Origin: Octopus vulgaris
Lineage: Eukaryota
Length of the DNA: 64,000 nt
Direction of reading: 5' to 3'
NCBI GenBank assembly: GCA_951406725.2
Contig: OX597826.1
Coordinates: 39,618,001-39,682,000, forward strand
Made by a program: the position numbers and the translations under genes. The notes under the pieces are model-generated. The model saw only the letters and a program-made list of their open reading frames with translations. It had not been told where the DNA came from and did no database searches. Of the stretch, positions 58,558 to 64,000 are shown one piece after another. Numbering within the stretch: the first letter of the stretch is position 1; every line of letters starts with the position of its first letter.

Positions 58558-59056
58558 CTAATGTAGGATACATTTTTTTTCGGGATAAAACTTTTATCAA
58601 TGGCCAGCATATCAAAAAATACCTTTAAACGTTAACTTTATCAATAATTTACAAAATAAGGGCAAATTCTAATGCCAAATATGCCGAAAAAAAGACAAAA
58701 ATTGTCAATAACCATTATAATTTATGCGTCTCGAAACAAACCGATAGAAATTTTTAAAAAATCCGTTATTACCGTATTGGTCCCAATTTCGGGGTTAATT
58801 CATAAGTATTTTCCCCTCTTCAGCGGTAAATACGTGAGATATAAGTGAAATACTTACTCATATCCATGGAAAAAGCAAGCACTAAGTCCTGAGCAGACCT
58901 ACGTACCCCAAATATATCCAAAATAGAAAATCTTCAGCACATCTCGAGACACGTGTGATTTGAACTAGAACCTTTCACAGAGTGAGAGAATCCAGAAGTG
59001 AACACTATTCAATTTATAACTAATTTACGATAAAATATTTCGGGAAAAAATTTATA
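58556..59056 (-). mobile_element. ~462-bp terminally redundant unit carrying the 58769-58829 hammerhead
   Basis: An imperfect ~40-bp repeat AACTAAT...TTTCGGGA...TTTA starts at 58556 and at 59018. (TA)n flanks both sides. Confidence 0.6.
58769..58829 (-). ncRNA. Type I hammerhead ribozyme, canonical core, sense to the channel pre-mRNA
   Basis: RNA reads UUACCG-CUGAAGA-GGGG(18 nt)CCCC-GAAA-UUGG(GA)CCAA-UA-CGGUAA. Stems I, II and III all pair. Cleavage triplet is AUA. Confidence 0.85.
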
Positions 59057-59754
59057 TATATATATATATATATAAAATTTTGTATATAGACAGGGGTGAT
59101 AACTGCCTCGTGAGCGACTCTAGGATCAATGGACTAGAGTAATTTCGCCTATCAGTCGTCAACACTTCAGCATTGATTACTCAGTCACTTGCTGATTTGG
59201 CTAAATCGATCCGTTGTATATATAATTACCAAGCGAAACCAGTAAATACGTAAATGTTTTAACTCTTATTTCTTGCAATATAGGTACTTCCGCAGCCTCA
59301 ATCACAATTAGTGATGATAAAATGTTTCCTTTATGGTATTATATTGGGCCTAGCTGTTACGGAATAAGTCATGGAAAAAATGTTGCAAATAGAAATGAAA
59401 AAGATTTGACAAACGAAAACCAAATAAATGACTTGCTATTTAATCAAATTAAACAAACAATCGATTAGTTAGTTGGATACTTTAACCAATTGAGTAATGA
59501 TAAAGGAGTGGAACTGCACCATGCGTGTGTTAATAATATTGAGATAATGACTCCCTAGGTGCAACAGAATTTGTTTCAACGCACGAATGCACATAATCTT
59601 ACAAACCAGATAAAAGAACGAAGTTTTCCTCCCTCCCACTCTCTCTCTCCCTCTCGTTGTTTCCATACACACACACACACACACACCCCATGGATACACA
59701 AACATAAATATATAATTACGTAAATATGCATATTCTTTTCTTTCTTTTATTCTT

Positions 59755-60143
59755 TTATTTGTTTCAGTCGTTTGACTGCGGCCATGCTGGAGCACCGCCT
59801 TCAGTCGAGCAAATCGACCCCAGTACTTATTCTTTGTAAGCCTAGTACTTATTCTATCGGTCTATTTTGCCGAACCGCTAAGTCACGGGGACGTGAACAC
59901 ACCAGCATCGATTGTCAAGCGATGTTGGGAGGACAGACACAAACATATACACACACATACATATATATATACATATATACGACGGGCTTCTTTCAGTTTC
60001 CGTCTACCAAATCCACTCACAAGGCTTTGGTCGGCCCGAGGCTATAGTGGAAGACACTTACGCAAGGTGCCACGCAGTGGGACTGAACGCAGAACCATGT
60101 GGTTGGTAAGCAAGCTACTTACCACATAGTCACTCCTACGCCT
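59755..60143 (-). mobile_element. SINE, same family as 28330-28677
   Basis: Near full-length alignment. Begins GGCGTAGGAGTGACTATGTGGTAAG on the minus strand. Confidence 0.8.
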
Positions 60144-61420
60144 ATATGTATACATGTATATATATGTAAACATATATGCATATATACGTACATACACACA
60201 CATACGTATGTGTGTGTATTTGTATATAATCGTATTTATATCCGTAATTCATGCACGTGATCGTATATATGTGCAGTATTACTAATCATCTTCATATTTC
60301 AACGCATTAACCACCATTTAAAGAAAACTCTCCACATATTTGAACCAGGTGTGAAGTATTAAATACATAATTTGTAAATGCAAATAGTTTGGCACATTAG
60401 AATGTTCATTCTGAAATTTGGTCCGTTCGATATTTTAAGAAGAAAGCAACAAGAAGAATATAACCATCAAAAATATTTTGAAAAACCATATTATTGATTA
60501 TGTTTATGTTGCGGTGTAATGGTTAGCGTAGAATTATTGCAAGAATTCCTAGTTTCAGGGGAATATATATGATTATGTGTCTGTGAACTAACGATTGACG
60601 TAATTAATAAGATATAGATTTCTTTGAGATTATAAAACAGAAAGACGGAAAAAGAAAAAAAAGACACGAAAAATATTAGAAGAAAGTGTTTTTCTTTAAT
60701 TCAAAACATAAATTAAATTAATAAGATGTGGATAGAAAGAAATATCGATCTTTTCGGGCGAGATTTTCGAATTAAAGGAAACTTGATCGAAACATGACAA
60801 TTATATCTTGACTTCCCGCTGGCATAGGAATTAAACGTTTTTTTTTTCTGTTTGCTGTTAGTTCTTTTGATATTTTTTTTCAGAAAAAAAAAGAATTTAC
60901 CGTATTCACTCCTACAAACGTCAGATCATCATTCTTTTCACAAAATTCTAGCAATTAAATTGTGATTACGTAAATTATCACCTGCAAAATAAACAATTTT
61001 GTTTTTCCAGAAAACTTTCTCTAAATATAAATAGACTGCAAAACAGTCGCACACACACGCGCGCGCATAAACACACACACATACACGCACACACAACATA
61101 TCACTACCTGTTTTTGAGTATAGTTGAATATAAAAACAAATATTAGACCGAAAGACCAGTCAATGCTTTTCTCTAAAGTGTTTTGTTTTATTTTCGCAAG
61201 GAAACGTTTGACAGCTACTTTGAACTTTTTGCCTTAGTGCCCTTCATTAGACACACATAAAATTTGTATTTGAGCTGATCTGTTGGTCACTGAAGCAACC
61301 GAGATAGACAAATTGCACTCCAGTGATATGCCCTATTTTTTCTCCTGTACGTTATAAAACCAATGTATCCGGTGTATGAGTGTGTGAAAATACATATGTG
61401 TACACATATACAAACACAAA

Positions 61421-61500
<80 letters not shown>

Positions 61501-61501
<1 letters not shown>

Positions 61502-62595
61502 CGAGGAAGGGCGAATGGCACCGCGAGTGTCGTGTTGCTCTCAAGCAACTCTGCCGTCCCGGGTCGACCTTGAGTGACTTCAACACAACCAAAGCATTCT
61601 ATAGGGGTTTAGTGGAGGGGAGGTACGACGACGAGCTCGGGGCGAACCTGGACGTCGACGAGGAGTACCTGACCCGCCTGTTCAGGACGACTTTCGGGCC
61701 AGGGCCCATGGACAACTTCCAGAGATCCCTGGCCTGGCAGTGCTACCGAGAAGCGCTACCCGTTCGGGATAAGCTCTACAGACACGGCTCGAGAAACACG
61801 GGGCCGACCTGCCCGAGATGCGGTCAGAGCGACGAAATCGTTCTGCACGCACTCGTGCAGTGTCCAACAATTTCCGACCTGTGGGCTTATGTCGAACAAC
61901 TGCTGTCACGTGTGGGACGAGTCGGTTTATCAGCTGAGTCTATCGTCAATATTGTCACGCCTCCTTCCTTCAAACGGGAAGGAAGAGCTATTTTCATCAT
62001 CCTTGTGGCTATGGCGAAAGAATGTATCTGGTGGACGCGTCTGAAAGGATTGGAGACAAACACTTTCCTCTCTGGTCAATCTCTCATCAACTTCTTCAAG
62101 TACCACTTGAAAAGGAAAGTGAGAGTAGAGAGGCAAGTTTTGTCTAGCGAATGTTTTAAAAAAAGATGGGTGAATGTAGCAAGAATGGCACGTATGAATG
62201 ACGAAGCCACCTTGAGCATGATCCTATGAACCCAGAAATTGAAAACAGAGAGTTGCTTATTCGCAAAAAGAAAAAGAAAAAAACCCAGAAATATAACATG
62301 TGACTCCATTGACCGAGGTTACCGTGGTCTTTTCCGTAGGCTTTTCTTTCCACGGGTAAACCTCACCTGTCCTCCCCTTTACACTTCATATTGACATTTC
62401 TGTGATAACGATCCCTATTGATCAATTTTTTAATTAAAAAAAAATGTTTTTTTCCTCTCCCCCCCTTTTTTGTCCTCTTTCTCTCCTTTTACGATCCCTT
62501 TTGATCGAAACTCCCCCTTCCTTTTTTTTTTTTTAAACCTTCAAAAGAAAAGCTCTACCTTGTAATTTGTTCTATCTGTGTGCAGCCCTGTGTGG

Positions 62596-62596
<1 letters not shown>
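61501..62596 (+). mobile_element. 5'-truncated Tx1/L1-clade LINE inserted in (TATC)n
   Basis: Uninterrupted GC-rich frame to 62229 with a zf-RVT-type motif LPVRDKL...CPRCGQSDEIVLHALVQC...W. Pyrimidine-rich 3' UTR. (TATC)n on both sides (61421-61500, 62597-62652). Confidence 0.85.
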
Positions 62597-62652
<56 letters not shown>

Positions 62653-64000
62653 ACCGGTTGTAAACCAATGGTGAGAGTACAAACACACACACACACGCAC
62701 GCGCACACACACACACACACACACACGCGCACGCGCACACGCACACGCACACACACACGCACACACACACGCTCGCGCGCGCACACTAATGTACACAATA
62801 TGTACGACAGTGTTCTTTCAGTTTCCGTGTACGAAATCCACTCACAAGGCTTTGGTGGGCCAGAGACTATAATGTATATATATAAGAAAGAAAAGTGGTG
62901 GGGGTTGACGTGCAGGAGCACTTGTAAGCATTAACCGATTTGGCTGGTATTTCTAGCACGTCCTGTTACCACTGAACAGGTATTTGCGAATAGCTGTTAC
63001 GTGGTAGCAGCGCGTGCTACACTAACACTTATGAGCGTGCGCGGTAAAATATCTGATTAAAAACAATCAAAAATTTGCGAACGTTATTGTCGGGCCCCTC
63101 GTATCATTAGTAATATCTGATACAAGTTACCGCCCCTTGTATTGTCCGGCATGTTCATTTATATTCGCGAGTGCTCGTTTTCGATGTTTTATTTTTTTTG
63201 TATAAAATATTTAAAAATTGATGAATCTTCGTAATTTTTTGCATATTCATTTTGGATATATTTGCAAGTTTCATAATTTTTTTTTAGAAATTAGGAGTCA
63301 TTTTCTTGGAGAGAAGCGCTGAAAATTGTACGCGTACCGTTGCATGGACGTGGTGGGTTCAAAACCTAGGCGAATTGAGAGTAGTCTATTTATGCTGGCG
63401 GCGATCAATTTCGAGAAAAAAATAAGAAGAAAACGCGTCCTAAGTCAAAGAGAGCACGCATGTCAAATTTGGTGAAATTCGATTGAAAATTGTAGTAGAA
63501 GTGGTTCACACAACACACAGACAGACAACTTGCCTTTTGATATATAATATTATACAAATAAAGATTACACTAATTTTAGAAGAAAAAAACAAAGCAAAAC
63601 TCTCGAAACAGAATATATTATTAGTTAGCACTGATAATATATTGCAAAAATACTTGAATTAAAGAAATGTCTAATAAACAAGATGCAGCATGAAGTTTTG
63701 TCAGTGAACAGGTTGTGGTCTCAAAGCGACGAAAATATTTCGACAAATTAAATTTAAATGTTGAAGTGAATCTAACGGTTTTGTGTGTTTCTTAAATGGC
63801 TTATAAACACCTTCCACGCTGCAATTGTTTTCGTTCCAGCACACGATCTCAGATCAAGTCACTCGCTGTGCAAATACATCTCCATAAACCTAATAAACTG
63901 TTGTAGTGGAAGAGGTACGACCCTCCCATGGGACAAGTGGTATTAGATTGCAACAATAGAACACCATACTACTAAACTATGACTACGCAATGGAATATTT

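Noticed and set aside
59135-59185. Possible type III hammerhead on the minus strand
   Set aside because: The core and stems I and II cannot be placed in a consistent register.
60901-60981. 81-nt minus-strand segment with a good acceptor (ttttgcag) and a GT donor
   Set aside because: It has stops in all three frames and no channel similarity. A poison exon cannot be supported without RNA data.

Overview
AT-rich, microsatellite-dense animal genomic DNA. The repeat landscape suggests a cephalopod such as Octopus, but this is inference. The only host gene I can support is the 3' part of a minus-strand anion-selective Cys-loop (GlyR-alpha/GluCl-like) channel. It has four phase-compatible GT-AG exons: 56400-56318, 54300-54163, 42488-42115 and 32774-32592. 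I did not find its N-terminal exons in the window. The rest is transposon debris: Tc1/mariner, hAT with a nested mariner, Helitron, MITE, RTE, R4/Dong-like, CR1-like, Tx1/L1 and Penelope-like GIY-YIG fragments, plus tRNA-derived SINEs. The most unusual signal is a set of type I hammerhead-ribozyme motifs from several unrelated small elements, usually next to (TA)n tracts. Three have a fully canonical core (32882-32945 +, 57994-58081 +, 58769-58829 -), and the last is sense to the channel pre-mRNA. Others are degenerate, palindromic, or carry a variant CUGUNGAA core. Together they resemble Penelope pLTR/retrozyme-type elements. A near-perfect inverted duplication of about 0.6 kb also lies just upstream of the channel TM exon. 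All folds and alignments were done by eye and transposon boundaries are approximate.
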